Source of the DNA: a virus
Taxonomy: Duplodnaviria; Caudoviricetes
Virus record (IMG/VR): IMGVR_UViG_3300011858_000030
Span: 1-64,000 of that record
Direction: 5' to 3' (one strand)
Length of the DNA stretch: 64,000 bases
Part shown: positions 28,413 to 37,303 of the stretch, one piece after another
Layout: each line of letters begins with the position of its first letter
Numbering within the stretch: the first letter of the stretch is position 1
Notes under the pieces: model-generated
What the model saw: the letters and a program-made list of their open reading frames with translations, nothing else
What the model was told of the DNA's origin: nothing
The model's database searches: none
Program-made: the position numbers and the translations under genes

Positions 28413-30058
28413 AATCCTCCTGAAGGACCGAACCTGTCCCCGCTATGGCCACGGCGGGGAACAGCTTTAAACTCGAAATTACCAGCACCGGAAACGGCCA
28501 GCATCCAGAGCATATGCAGGGCATCAGGCCCGTCATCATGGTCAGCTTTGGGGAAGTGCCGGAGCTGGTCGATGAGAGTAGTCTGCGAAGGGTGCAGGCG
28601 TATCAGGCCGTTGGCCATATGTGGCTGCAGTGACTCAATGCGCAGGAGCTTATCAACCGAAGGCGTGACGGCTCTGGCAGGAACGGGGATACCCATCGCA
28701 GCGGAGCGCTTCACCAGTTCGGTGCGCAGGAACTCCTGGAACTGGACGGACTCGACCGCCCAGACGAGGCAGTTATATTCCCGCTGCAGCTCGATAACGT
28801 CAGAGATAATTTTGTCCGGCACACGCTTTCGGATACGCGCTTCGACCACATCCAGAATGCCGGTGAAGCGGTTGAAACCGCCAACCAGCAACGCAGAAGG
28901 GTCCCGGCTGTTGCCGTGTTTACCCAGGCTCGGATCACATGCGCCATAGAAACGCCACTCGTTAAGGCGGTTGACCCAGAAATTAATACAGCCGGTAAAT
29001 GGCGCATCTTCGCCGCTGACGGGATCGTTCTGATATTCCGCATCAAAGGTACTGTGGCCATCACGGGCACGGATGAGCATCAGGGCATAAAGCGGACGCG
29101 CAGCCCATGACACCACGGCTCCTTCATCCATCTCAGCCTGATGCTCACGGTAGTACGCCTGTGCCAGCATCTGACCATCTTCGTCGTTGTTGCGCAGGAT
29201 TTCTTCCCACTTATCCCACAGCGACATATTGTGCGGCCAGCTGATAAGCGCTTTGAACCGGGCCCGCGTCCATAGCGGATTTTTAAGGGTGCGGGAAAGC
29301 ACGGAATCGTAGTGCAGGATTGTCCCGATATACACCACATCGAATTTGGCCCCCGCGCCGCCGAGCGGCAGTACGGTTTTTTTGAGCCAGTTATCGAGCT
29401 TGTCGCGTTGCTCAGGGTTACGCACCAGCTCATCGTTCTCGATATCATCGAGCACAGCCAGGTCAGGACGATACGGGCCATGGCGCAGACCACGCAGCTT
29501 TTTGCCACTACCGGCGACCTGTACCTTAATGTCGTTTCGGGTGAGGATTGTCCCGGCCTGCCAGACGCGGCCACCGCCCGTCGCTTCAGGGAAGTCCATC
29601 AACAGGCGGGGGTTAAACTGCAGCTCCGCCTTTATCGCCTCCAGCATCGGATAGGCCTGGTCGATGGAATCCATAATGATGACCGGGTAATGCTTGAGCG
29701 CCAGCACAATGCACCAGATGACAAAAAGCTGACTCACGATGGTGGATTTGGCTTCACCACGCGGAGCTGCGATCGCATCGTTCTGGCTCCCCGTGGCCTG
29801 GATGATTTCAGGCAGGCGCTTATAAAGATAGTTATGCAGCTCACTGCGGGCGGAATGGCGGACATAGTGCGGAAAATAATGCTGCACAAAGTATTCAAAC
29901 CCCGTTACAGGGTCAGCAACGAGGCCGCGACGCTCAGCAATTGCTGCAGCGGAGGGGTCAAAGCCCACATCTTCGGCTTCAATGGTGCGACGCAGACTGG
30001 CGGAGAGTTCCGCCAGTTCGGCAAGAAAATCTTTGCTGGATAACTTAGTTCTGGCCAT
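28409..30058 (-). CDS. Terminase large subunit (Mu-like)
   Basis: Walker A APRGEAKST, Walker B VLDDIEND, nuclease DPS and HDDGPDA. Confidence 0.92.
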   Translation of the reverse strand: MARTKLSSKDFLAELAELSASLRRTIEAEDVGFDPSAAAIAERRGLVADPVTGFEYFVQHYFPHYVRHSARSELHNYLYKRLPEIIQATGSQNDAIAAPRGEAKSTIVSQLFVIWCIVLALKHYPVIIMDSIDQAYPMLEAIKAELQFNPRLLMDFPEATGGGRVWQAGTILTRNDIKVQVAGSGKKLRGLRHGPYRPDLAVLDDIENDELVRNPEQRDKLDNWLKKTVLPLGGAGAKFDVVYIGTILHYDSVLSRTLKNPLWTRARFKALISWPHNMSLWDKWEEILRNNDEDGQMLAQAYYREHQAEMDEGAVVSWAARPLYALMLIRARDGHSTFDAEYQNDPVSGEDAPFTGCINFWVNRLNEWRFYGACDPSLGKHGNSRDPSALLVGGFNRFTGILDVVEARIRKRVPDKIISDVIELQREYNCLVWAVESVQFQEFLRTELVKRSAAMGIPVPARAVTPSVDKLLRIESLQPHMANGLIRLHPSQTTLIDQLRHFPKADHDDGPDALHMLWMLAVSGAGNFEFKAVPRRGHSGDRFGPSGGF

Positions 30059-30082
30059 GATTAATTTGCCCTTAACAGCCTG

Positions 30083-30289
30083 TTAATGGTGATTGCGGAG
30101 GGCTTTATTAACCTCGCTGATGAAGCGGTTCATCGACTCGATGCCGGTTTTATCTCGTTCAACATCGAGGCTGTAGCAGCCTGTCGACGTCGCGACGGTT
30201 ACGTTTCTGCCGCCCGCGAACCGGACGCCCAGCACGTCACTGGCCATCACATAGTTTTCACTGTTAACCCGGATTAACTGGTCAGCCAT
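30083..30289 (-). CDS. Small hypothetical protein
   Basis: 68 aa from MADQLIRVNSENYV; overlaps the upstream stop, suggesting coupling. Confidence 0.55.
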   Translation of the reverse strand: MADQLIRVNSENYVMASDVLGVRFAGGRNVTVATSTGCYSLDVERDKTGIESMNRFISEVNKALRNHH

Positions 30290-30782
30290 AGTGTTGCTCC
30301 ATCTCCTTGCCGAAGGGTTCAAGGATTTCCACGAATGCGGCCAGATGCTTTGGATAGTGCTCGGCGACAAATGCGCTGAGCTTCTGGATAACATCCAGCG
30401 CCACCGCCAGCTGGCTTACCTCCGGCAGTATTTTCTTGTTTGCTGCGACAGCTTTGTTAAATGCATCAGCAAGGCTTGCCAGAAGCTCGACGCGTTCCCC
30501 CGGAGGGAGCTGAGACTCGGTTGTAAGCAGTTCCAGCGTGGTCTGATACTGGGTCATTAACCCGGTGAGAATGGCGCGGCCAATCTCTTCAAGTCCATTA
30601 CCGGCCATAAGGTGAGCGGCGCGTAACTTATCCCAGTCATCGCCTGCGTCCTGTGCTTCCTTTTTCCAGCGGCGAGCTGTCGCAAATGCCACGCCAGCCT
30701 GAGCGGAGGCGATTTCGAGCGACATCTGGCCGAAGATATAAGATCGTCGCAGTTTTTCCCGTGTTTCCTGCGGATGCGCCAT
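30282..30782 (-). CDS. Terminase small subunit-like (Mu gp27 / DUF1804)
   Basis: HTH-like N-terminus, TARRWKKEAQDAGDDWDKLRAA. Confidence 0.8.
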   Translation of the reverse strand: MAHPQETREKLRRSYIFGQMSLEIASAQAGVAFATARRWKKEAQDAGDDWDKLRAAHLMAGNGLEEIGRAILTGLMTQYQTTLELLTTESQLPPGERVELLASLADAFNKAVAANKKILPEVSQLAVALDVIQKLSAFVAEHYPKHLAAFVEILEPFGKEMEQHYG

Positions 30783-30783
30783 A

Positions 30784-31068
30784 TCACAGCTCCAGTTTTG
30801 CGCGAATGAGCAGAATCGCTACCGTGATGACGCCGCCCGCGATGCCACCTGTAATCGCACCCGCAGAGGCACCACGGCGAGCGGCATCGTCGCTGATGGT
30901 AGTGAGACGAACATCAATCCGGCTCAGCTTGTCATTAATCCCGCCCAGAATGTCCGGGCTGACGGGAGCCTGCAGGCGATCGAGCTGAGCGGAAATCCGG
31001 CTCAGTGTTTCCTGTTCGCTCTGGCTGATTGTCGCGCGGCGGGTTCGGCGCTTGTGTCTGGCTTTCAT
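30784..31068 (-). CDS. Hypothetical membrane protein
   Basis: C-terminal GAITGGIAGGVITVAILL TM segment; synteny. Confidence 0.65.
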   Translation of the reverse strand: MKARHKRRTRRATISQSEQETLSRISAQLDRLQAPVSPDILGGINDKLSRIDVRLTTISDDAARRGASAGAITGGIAGGVITVAILLIRAKLEL

Positions 31069-31319
31069 TTATCCTGTTTCCTGTCCAGTTTGTTATCAAT
31101 GCGCTCGATAGCCGCTCGCAGCTCCCTCATCGCATCCATCATTGCGGTGTAGTTACTTTTTGCATCCTCACGGCGCTGGTATTCATCCCGGATGCGATCA
31201 ACCGCCTTTTCCAGGTCGGTGATGTCTTTTTGCAGACGACGTATCCAGATGGTGCCGAAGGTCGCTGCCAGCGCCAGCGCAATCTGAAAGGCCATATCAA
31301 GAGTCATAATGTTTTTCAC
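31065..31319 (-). CDS. Hypothetical TM + coiled-coil protein
   Basis: N-terminal TM helix then heptads; overlapping stop/start. Confidence 0.65.
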   Translation of the reverse strand: MKNIMTLDMAFQIALALAATFGTIWIRRLQKDITDLEKAVDRIRDEYQRREDAKSNYTAMMDAMRELRAAIERIDNKLDRKQDK

Positions 31320-31948
31320 TTCCTGTAATACTCGTTTATTGCCTGCAGCCTGCTCTCAATGAGCTGGCACCATGCGCCGTATTCCGCTGAAAACGCCACT
31401 ATACCCCTGGGGGAGAGTCCGCCACCGGAGCCTGTGGCCTGGCCGGAATGACCAGAAGTGCCGCTGGCGGTGGCTGGCAGATACTGACCAGCGGGGAGAC
31501 CTTCGGCTCCGGGGTAGCCGAAGGCTTCGCGGAAGAGCTGCAGGCCGCCAGGACCAATGCCGGTATAACCAGGACCATCTTTATCAAGTGCATCGTCAAG
31601 CCTCTTTTTAAGATCGCGAACAGTCTCATCATGTTTCTTTTGCTTTTCAGCCAGCTCGCGCGTCAGCGCATCCGCTTTCTGCTGCCAGGCGTTCTGCTTA
31701 TCAAGAGCAGCCTTCAGGTCAGCTGCATACTGATTCGCAGCGCTGAGACGCTCCTGATCCCACTGCCGTTCTTTTTCACTGAAACCATCAGTCAGGCGTT
31801 GCTTCTCCTGGCTGAAGGCCAGCGCCTGAGCGTCCAGCTTGTTGCCTGTGATGAAGGTGCCGAACCATATCCCGCAGCCTGTCAGCACCACGACGACGAG
31901 CAGCGGTTTCCAGCTAACCTTCAGGATTTTCAGGGCTGCTTCCCACAT
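31316..31948 (-). CDS. Rz-like inner-membrane spanin
   Basis: N-terminal TM, coiled-coil periplasmic part, embedded lipoprotein gene; start ATG 31948. Confidence 0.75.
   Translation of the reverse strand: MWEAALKILKVSWKPLLVVVVLTGCGIWFGTFITGNKLDAQALAFSQEKQRLTDGFSEKERQWDQERLSAANQYAADLKAALDKQNAWQQKADALTRELAEKQKKHDETVRDLKKRLDDALDKDGPGYTGIGPGGLQLFREAFGYPGAEGLPAGQYLPATASGTSGHSGQATGSGGGLSPRGIVAFSAEYGAWCQLIESRLQAINEYYRK
31399..31593 (-). CDS. Rz1-like outer-membrane lipoprotein spanin embedded in Rz
   Basis: Signal MHLIKMVLVIPALVLAAC with lipobox, Pro-rich mature part, alternate frame inside Rz. Confidence 0.75.
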   Translation of the reverse strand: MHLIKMVLVIPALVLAACSSSAKPSATPEPKVSPLVSICQPPPAALLVIPARPQAPVADSPPGV

Positions 31949-32177
31949 CGCGCACCTCTCTGGCTCGTTTGATGGACATGTGTTTTGATGCCTGGCTCTG
32001 TGCCACCCATGCGCCCAGATAGGTGAGATACAGCTCACCAGGTGTTTCTGGACGGGTAACGGTGAGCCAGACCAGCACGAAGGAACTGACCAGAAAGGCC
32101 AGAAAAACGATGGTGTCTGACGTTGAGAGACGACCGGTGGCCGGGTTCGTCACCAGATCGCGCAGAGAGATCGTCAT
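31914..32177 (-). CDS. Putative holin
   Basis: DLVTNPATGRLS N-terminus, two hydrophobic segments, between endolysin and spanin. Confidence 0.7.
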   Translation of the reverse strand: MTISLRDLVTNPATGRLSTSDTIVFLAFLVSSFVLVWLTVTRPETPGELYLTYLGAWVAQSQASKHMSIKRAREVRDVGSSPENPEG

Positions 32178-32818
32178 AGTGCCGCCTTGGCGACATTCAG
32201 CCGCGCCACGCGGTCGGCCTGACCTTCAGCCGGAGGGTTGATACGGCGGGTGACAGCCAGAAAATCGCCTTTGTCCGCCAGCTCATTGCAGCCATTAGCC
32301 TTCCAGTACCAGGCCGCGCTGCGGGCTGCGTTGAGATACTCCAGTAACAAATCGGGATTAGCGATGAGATCGAGACCCAGCGCCTTACCACAAAGCAGGT
32401 AATTATTGCGCAGGGTAATCTGAATCAGGCCACGCCCGCGAAAGCGCCAGCCATCGCCTGATGCTTCATTACCGTTACCACCCTGATTTGCGTAAACATA
32501 ATTCGCCATTTTTTCAGGGTTACGGGTATAGCGGCGGGCAAATTCAATCTCGCTGGGCTCAATAATACGATTCTTATTGAGATCGAAGTCGCTGCGGAAA
32601 ATACGCGCCACGCGCTCAGCATCTGAATAATAGAGATTTTCACTGAGCCGACTGAAGCCCGCGCTCTCGTGGCCGGTTTGAGCAATAAAGGCGGCAAGCC
32701 GGGCTGGTGTATTAATCTGGAATTCAGCGGTGGCTTTACTGAATGGTTCAAACCAGCGTTGCGCCATCACTGGCGAAAGGCCCGCTGCTCGCTGAAATTG
32801 TGGGAGTGTTAAAAGCAT
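32174..32818 (-). CDS. Endolysin, glycoside hydrolase family 19
   Basis: AAFIAQTGHESAGF, GDGWRFRGRGLIQITLRNNY, TRRIN. Confidence 0.92.
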   Translation of the reverse strand: MLLTLPQFQRAAGLSPVMAQRWFEPFSKATAEFQINTPARLAAFIAQTGHESAGFSRLSENLYYSDAERVARIFRSDFDLNKNRIIEPSEIEFARRYTRNPEKMANYVYANQGGNGNEASGDGWRFRGRGLIQITLRNNYLLCGKALGLDLIANPDLLLEYLNAARSAAWYWKANGCNELADKGDFLAVTRRINPPAEGQADRVARLNVAKAAL

Positions 32819-32879
32819 AACGCCATCCGGTTAAAAAGGGATGGCGTCAGTATTTCATCGGGTTAGGTGAATAATCAGG

Positions 32880-32895
32880 TGAAGGGGTTCAGTGG
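32880..32895 (-). promoter_or_regulatory. Late-promoter activator motif, copy 3 (Plys equivalent)
   Basis: Exact 16-mer TGAAGGGGTTCAGTGG upstream of the endolysin gene. Confidence 0.75.
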
Positions 32896-32896
32896 C

Positions 32897-33403
32897 TTAT
32901 TGACTAACATCAATTATCTCTACATCGTCACTTTCTTCAATATGCGCAGGAGGTGGGTTGTTAATTGCAAATTTACATTCCTTACCCTGTTTTATGTATG
33001 ATTCACCCTGCGCATTCACAGCCTTAACATTATCAGTTTTTAATGAAGATAGCCTTGATATCCAATATGAGTAAGCTGCTGCTGGTAACGTAGCGCAAGA
33101 GCTAAAAGGTGTAGGGTTTAAAAGAAGATTCTCCCCATACAATTTTTTCGCATCCTCATCAAGGAGGAGGAAATGACGACTCACTGCAACAACTTCAGGT
33201 GTAAGATATCCCAGACTCTTGTACATATCAAAAACAGCAGTTGCACCCATTAAAGTGCTCAGCGTTTCATTAAATATTCTCTTAGTTTCCTCAAGTTGAT
33301 TTTTATAAGTCTCAACTGCTTTTGTATTGGGTACTGTTTTTGCTACTGCAGTAGTACTAAATACCACCAAGAAAAATGCCACATATCTCATTGCATTGCC
33401 CAT
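32897..33403 (-). CDS. AT-rich exported hypothetical protein
   Basis: Sec-like signal MRYVAFFLVVFSTTAVA; TAATG overlap with the Mor stop. Confidence 0.7.
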   Translation of the reverse strand: MGNAMRYVAFFLVVFSTTAVAKTVPNTKAVETYKNQLEETKRIFNETLSTLMGATAVFDMYKSLGYLTPEVVAVSRHFLLLDEDAKKLYGENLLLNPTPFSSCATLPAAAYSYWISRLSSLKTDNVKAVNAQGESYIKQGKECKFAINNPPPAHIEESDDVEIIDVSQ

Positions 33404-33837
33404 TAGAATAATTTTCCTTGACTGTTACAATCTTTGTTTTTCTGCTGTGCAAGAAGTTCCCACGCAAAGCGATCACTAAAACCATACTTAGGGCAAAGAA
33501 AGGTCATGGCCATAAGAGAGGATGAACCTTGTCCACGCACTTCGGCGAACTCGGCTAGAAAGCGACGGTTACGTAATTCACGAAGGGCACGATCACAGCG
33601 GGGTAAATAGAGAACTTCGCCGCCAAAATTCTTGATGAGTAATTGGGTTTTCTCATCGCCGATAGTATCGCGCAGGAGGGCTGCGCGGCTGGCCCCCATA
33701 GCGCGGAGGCCTTTACCTATCGGGAACGTGGTGCCACCAAAAGCAGAAAGAAGCTGCTCGGTCGCCGGGAAGCCTATCAGGTCAGCTATTTGTATCACTG
33801 CTGATGGCAGCAGCTCCGTTACCTGTTCCAGATTCAT
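33403..33837 (-). CDS. Mor/C family transcription activator
   Basis: IADLIG..FGGTTFPI..FGGEVLYLPRC..RNRRF; start ATG 33837. Confidence 0.85.
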   Translation of the reverse strand: MNLEQVTELLPSAVIQIADLIGFPATEQLLSAFGGTTFPIGKGLRAMGASRAALLRDTIGDEKTQLLIKNFGGEVLYLPRCDRALRELRNRRFLAEFAEVRGQGSSSLMAMTFLCPKYGFSDRFAWELLAQQKNKDCNSQGKLF

Positions 33838-34258
33838 TATTACGCTCCCGCTTTTTTCGCCGACTCGCATCAATGCTGAGAGCCTGCATGAGTTTGGTTA
33901 ACTGTTCTGTCGTCAACCACTCGATGTATTTGACGTGGAACATATGATCGCACATTTTCTCGGCATAATTCCACGGACGTTTTGCATCTGCAAGTAATGC
34001 ATGAATTTTAGCAAGAATTGACTCGCGCGTATTGGCAACCTTTGGACGTCGACCGTGCTTTACCGAGTAGCGAGGAAAGCCCTTATCATGCATATATTCC
34101 CTGACAGCCTGCAGTTCGTCGAGAGTGCATTTAGTGGATGATGTTTTACCGTTGCATAAGCGAGACAGGACACTACGGTAGGTTACATCATCCCACCCAA
34201 GATATGCCTGACCGGCTTTAATTGCCCCTATAAGACCTCGTTTTGCTGGCGTGGACAT
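33782..34258 (-). CDS. gemA: GemA-like regulatory protein (Mu gp16 / DUF1018)
   Basis: IKAGQAYLGWDDVTYRSVL..GKTSSTKCTLDEL, KIHALL..WNYAE. Confidence 0.85.
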   Translation of the reverse strand: MSTPAKRGLIGAIKAGQAYLGWDDVTYRSVLSRLCNGKTSSTKCTLDELQAVREYMHDKGFPRYSVKHGRRPKVANTRESILAKIHALLADAKRPWNYAEKMCDHMFHVKYIEWLTTEQLTKLMQALSIDASRRKKRERNNESGTGNGAAAISSDTNS

Positions 34259-34319
34259 AATATTTCTCCTGTTGGTTGCCATTATCGCAGGCACTTTGTG
34301 AAGTGCCTGCTGTAATGAC

Positions 34320-34535
34320 TTACTTTAAAGGTTCCATTTTGCTGACGGATATACCACCGATTTTCCCTTCAACCCTGACAACCAGACGACCATTGCGCAT
34401 ATGCCAGGCTTCTGAGCGGGTTATTACGGTCTCCCGTTCGGGCATACCTGGTGTCGGGTGATACAGGAAACTGGAGCCGACAGGAAAACGCTGGTTAAAT
34501 GTCTTCGCCGTCAGGTTTCTGAGCAGACTTTTCAT
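34320..34535 (-). CDS. Small hypothetical early protein (paralogue of 37112-37303)
   Basis: FNQRFPVGSSFLYHP motif. Confidence 0.7.
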   Translation of the reverse strand: MKSLLRNLTAKTFNQRFPVGSSFLYHPTPGMPERETVITRSEAWHMRNGRLVVRVEGKIGGISVSKMEPLK

Positions 34536-34716
34536 CGTTCTCCTCCATATGTGCATCGGTTGCAATAATGCTTAATGGCCATAAGAGAAATGCGAACCAG
34601 CAATTCTGGCAGGATAAATTAGCCAATCCCACCAATCGGACCAGGATGCATGCCCAACACCAGCCAAGTGTCAAATACATCGCCAGAAATATGAGGATGA
34701 AAGCTATATCCATCAC
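34495..34716 (-). CDS. Small membrane protein
   Basis: Two hydrophobic segments; overlapping neighbours in the operon. Confidence 0.55.
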   Translation of the reverse strand: MMDIAFILIFLAMYLTLGWCWACILVRLVGLANLSCQNCWFAFLLWPLSIIATDAHMEENDEKSAQKPDGEDI

Positions 34717-34928
34717 TGTATTCCCCGAAGTTTCTTGAAAGACTCAATCGCCTTTCTCATATCAGCCTGAATCCCCTTATTAAGAACGTTGCGGTTACTC
34801 GCGTCGTAATAGTTGAACCGCAACTTAAGAGGAACCGACAACAACTCAACAACCTGGCTGTTATCACGGAAGAACCAGACACGGCGGTTGCCGTTATCCT
34901 GGAACTGGCAACCCGTTACGCTATGCAT
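34713..34928 (-). CDS. Hypothetical protein
   Basis: 71 aa with overlapping stop/start on both sides. Confidence 0.6.
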   Translation of the reverse strand: MHSVTGCQFQDNGNRRVWFFRDNSQVVELLSVPLKLRFNYYDASNRNVLNKGIQADMRKAIESFKKLRGIQ

Positions 34929-35295
34929 AACTCACCTCCGTTAATGGGTGACGTTTACGGTGGATCGCAATCGACACGCTTTCCCAGTCCTGGTAAAGAA
35001 ACAACAGACCAAGCTCACAGGCGCGATCAAACTCCCTGGTTGCGCCTGTGCTCTTTTCCCAGCCGTTCAGGAGGAAAACAGCATCAGCCTGCTCAAGCAT
35101 GGACAATGTAATTTGCAGGTACTGCTCATGCTGCAGGCCGTCAGGAAGAATGGCCGGATTGAGGACGGTGAAGCCGCGCTCTTCCAGGATGCGAGCCTCA
35201 GCGTTGAATTCATCGCGGTTAAAGTTGTGATACCCGGTCATTGGACCTGCAATGAAAACCACCGGCTTACGCTCAGAATGTTTGTTTAAATTCAT
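34921..35295 (-). CDS. DUF4406-like (nucleoside deoxyribosyltransferase-like fold) protein
   Basis: VFIAGPMTG..NPA..CDAV-like ADAVFLLNGWEKSTGATRE; start ATG 35295. Confidence 0.8.
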   Translation of the reverse strand: MNLNKHSERKPVVFIAGPMTGYHNFNRDEFNAEARILEERGFTVLNPAILPDGLQHEQYLQITLSMLEQADAVFLLNGWEKSTGATREFDRACELGLLFLYQDWESVSIAIHRKRHPLTEVSYA

Positions 35296-35297
35296 CA

Positions 35298-35465
35298 GAG
35301 ATACCTCACATGATTTTTCCAGCGGTTCTGTGCAGCGCTGCGTTTCTTCTTGTCGCACCACTCGTTGCCAGACTGGGGTATCGTTGCCGGCCATCCTGTC
35401 ATCGCTTTACGGTTACTGAATTTGAAAGGCATGCGCAGCAGTCTTCTTGCTTTGCGGTTTGTCAT
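35298..35465 (-). CDS. Small basic hypothetical protein (55 aa, below ORF-track cutoff)
   Basis: Manual translation MTNRKARRLLRMPFKF...RYL*; fills the gap with ATGA overlap. Confidence 0.55.
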
Positions 35466-35722
35466 TTGGCAGCCTCCTCAGAGCGAAACATCATGATTGT
35501 CAGAGCGCCCTTTGTGGCAAGACGAACGGTTGTACCAGGCTCAATGCTCTGCAGTTCGAAAGCGTCGTATAACTCATCAATAGCCTTCTGACGACGTGAT
35601 GACTTGCGGTGTTTATCCCACGATTTCAGAACAGCAGAGGTAAACCACTTACCGGTCTGGACCATGATGAATAGCCAACCCATGAAGGCGAGCCCGGTAT
35701 TCAAAATTTCGGTGATTGTCAT
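35462..35722 (-). CDS. Hypothetical membrane protein (DUF4752-like)
   Basis: LNTGLAFMGWLFIM TM then KAIDELYDAFEL..IEPG. Confidence 0.65.
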   Translation of the reverse strand: MTITEILNTGLAFMGWLFIMVQTGKWFTSAVLKSWDKHRKSSRRQKAIDELYDAFELQSIEPGTTVRLATKGALTIMMFRSEEAAK

Positions 35723-35726
35723 TTCT

Positions 35727-35972
35727 CTATTCATCTCCCTGGTCGAACAAGATTCGCGAGTAACCCGCATTGGTAGATACTTCCAGCCATCCATCACACC
35801 GTTCACCGGTTCTGAGATTTATCACGCGAGAATGCTGGTATTGAGAGCCTCGGATATCTTCCAGTTCATCATCGCTGAAAAACATCGGCTCTCCGCAGTG
35901 AGGGCAGTAGCATCCGTAATCACCATCAGCGCGCCCAATTTTGTTAACTATGAGAATTTCGTTGGTAGCCAT
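35727..35972 (-). CDS. Small Cys-containing (CPHC) hypothetical protein
   Basis: CYCPHCG...H...C possible zinc ligands; start ATG 35972. Confidence 0.6.
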   Translation of the reverse strand: MATNEILIVNKIGRADGDYGCYCPHCGEPMFFSDDELEDIRGSQYQHSRVINLRTGERCDGWLEVSTNAGYSRILFDQGDE

Positions 35973-35976
35973 GTCA

Positions 35977-36315
35977 CTATCCTTTACCGGCAACGCGTTC
36001 TGCGTCATACAGCCATGCATCAATCGGATTCAATGAGTTTTCGATTGGTGCCCCTCCTGATTGATACATCAGCTGCCTTGCACGTAAAAACAGCTCGTTC
36101 ACAGCTTCCAGCTCATCCAGCTGCGCCAGCACATTAGGGTCACAAACATCAACAACCGTTAGCGCGTTGGCACGAGCAAACTGGACATCAAGCGCTGTAG
36201 CCAGATTGCGAACCAGCGCGGCAGACTCAGCGCAATGTAGTTCTTTCGCCAGCGCATGCCCGGCTGCTACGAGTTCTTTGACTGGCGTAGTTTCCAGTTG
36301 AGGCGAGGTTTTCAT
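35977..36315 (-). CDS. Hypothetical phage early protein
   Basis: KELVAAGHALAKELHCAESAALVRNLATALDVQ motif seen in enterobacterial phage accessory genes; ATGA overlap. Confidence 0.6.
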   Translation of the reverse strand: MKTSPQLETTPVKELVAAGHALAKELHCAESAALVRNLATALDVQFARANALTVVDVCDPNVLAQLDELEAVNELFLRARQLMYQSGGAPIENSLNPIDAWLYDAERVAGKG

Positions 36316-37031
36316 TTTGTCACTCCGATCTGTTCGCATTTATTAGCTGAACTGCTTACCGCGTGATGTAGCTGCGCATTACGTCCAGCCAGATATCCCT
36401 CGCTTTCCGCCTTATCCGTTCCTCTGGCTTTGCCGGGTTTGCGCGGTTCCAGCCTTTTCATGCCTTCGCTTAATTTCCTGCTGCGGTAGCACTCCATCAG
36501 AGTTGTCTCCGCCTCCGTGACGGCGAAATCACTGACAACGGCATAAGCACCGTTGACCCATGCGGAGCAGAAGGTATCGGCGCGGGCAACTTTTGTGGCC
36601 TGTTTGATGTTCTTGCGTAATGTGGATAGGTAATCACGGCGGGCTTTCACCAGTTGCTTACCCAGAACTTCGAATGAGTATGCCGCTATCTGAGGGCGTT
36701 CGTCGGGGCCGTAATAGTGTATGGTGCGTTTTGCTGGCTTGCCCCACTGCTCAGTGCCATGGCTGGTGTAAAACTTCACGCCAAAAACGCGGGCGACCAT
36801 CTCTGCCAGTATTGCCATATATTCCGGCATCTTCTCAGCATGAGAGGGGGCCTTCTGGGTAGAAGCTTCATTGATATCAATCAAATCAGCATCAGCCTCA
36901 GTCAGCTTGTGGGTTTCTATCAGACGCTGAGCACGGCGCAGGGCAAGTGCAGCTTCTTCAGCGCTGGAGTTATTACGCGCCATCGCGAGCAGCTTTTTAA
37001 TTCTCTGGATATATTTCTCTTTATTTTCCAT
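36312..37031 (-). CDS. DUF2786 domain protein
   Basis: KIKKLLA-like RIKKLLAMA..EEAALALRRAQRLIETH N-terminus. Confidence 0.8.
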   Translation of the reverse strand: MENKEKYIQRIKKLLAMARNNSSAEEAALALRRAQRLIETHKLTEADADLIDINEASTQKAPSHAEKMPEYMAILAEMVARVFGVKFYTSHGTEQWGKPAKRTIHYYGPDERPQIAAYSFEVLGKQLVKARRDYLSTLRKNIKQATKVARADTFCSAWVNGAYAVVSDFAVTEAETTLMECYRSRKLSEGMKRLEPRKPGKARGTDKAESEGYLAGRNAQLHHAVSSSANKCEQIGVTK

Positions 37032-37111
37032 TGTTCAACTCCTGGATTTGGCGTAAGCCAGCCCCTGCGGGTTTACGCCATTTTTAAAAGTGATTTAAAT
37101 TAAGGTTAAAA

Positions 37112-37303
37112 TCAGTTCACGGGTTTAAGCGATTTAATATTCGCGAAATAAGGCTCCTGATTTATTTCCACGACCGTGACCTTATAAAGGTCATTTGCCA
37201 CATCTACCGTTCTGACTACACGGCCACCGCGTAAACCTGTGGCTGGCTGATAGATAAATGAACTGCCTTTAGGGTAAAGGGCATTGAATTCTTTAGCTTT
37301 CAT
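37112..37303 (-). CDS. Small hypothetical early protein (paralogue of 34320-34535)
   Basis: FNALYPKGSSFIYQP motif. Confidence 0.7.
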   Translation of the reverse strand: MKAKEFNALYPKGSSFIYQPATGLRGGRVVRTVDVANDLYKVTVVEINQEPYFANIKSLKPVN

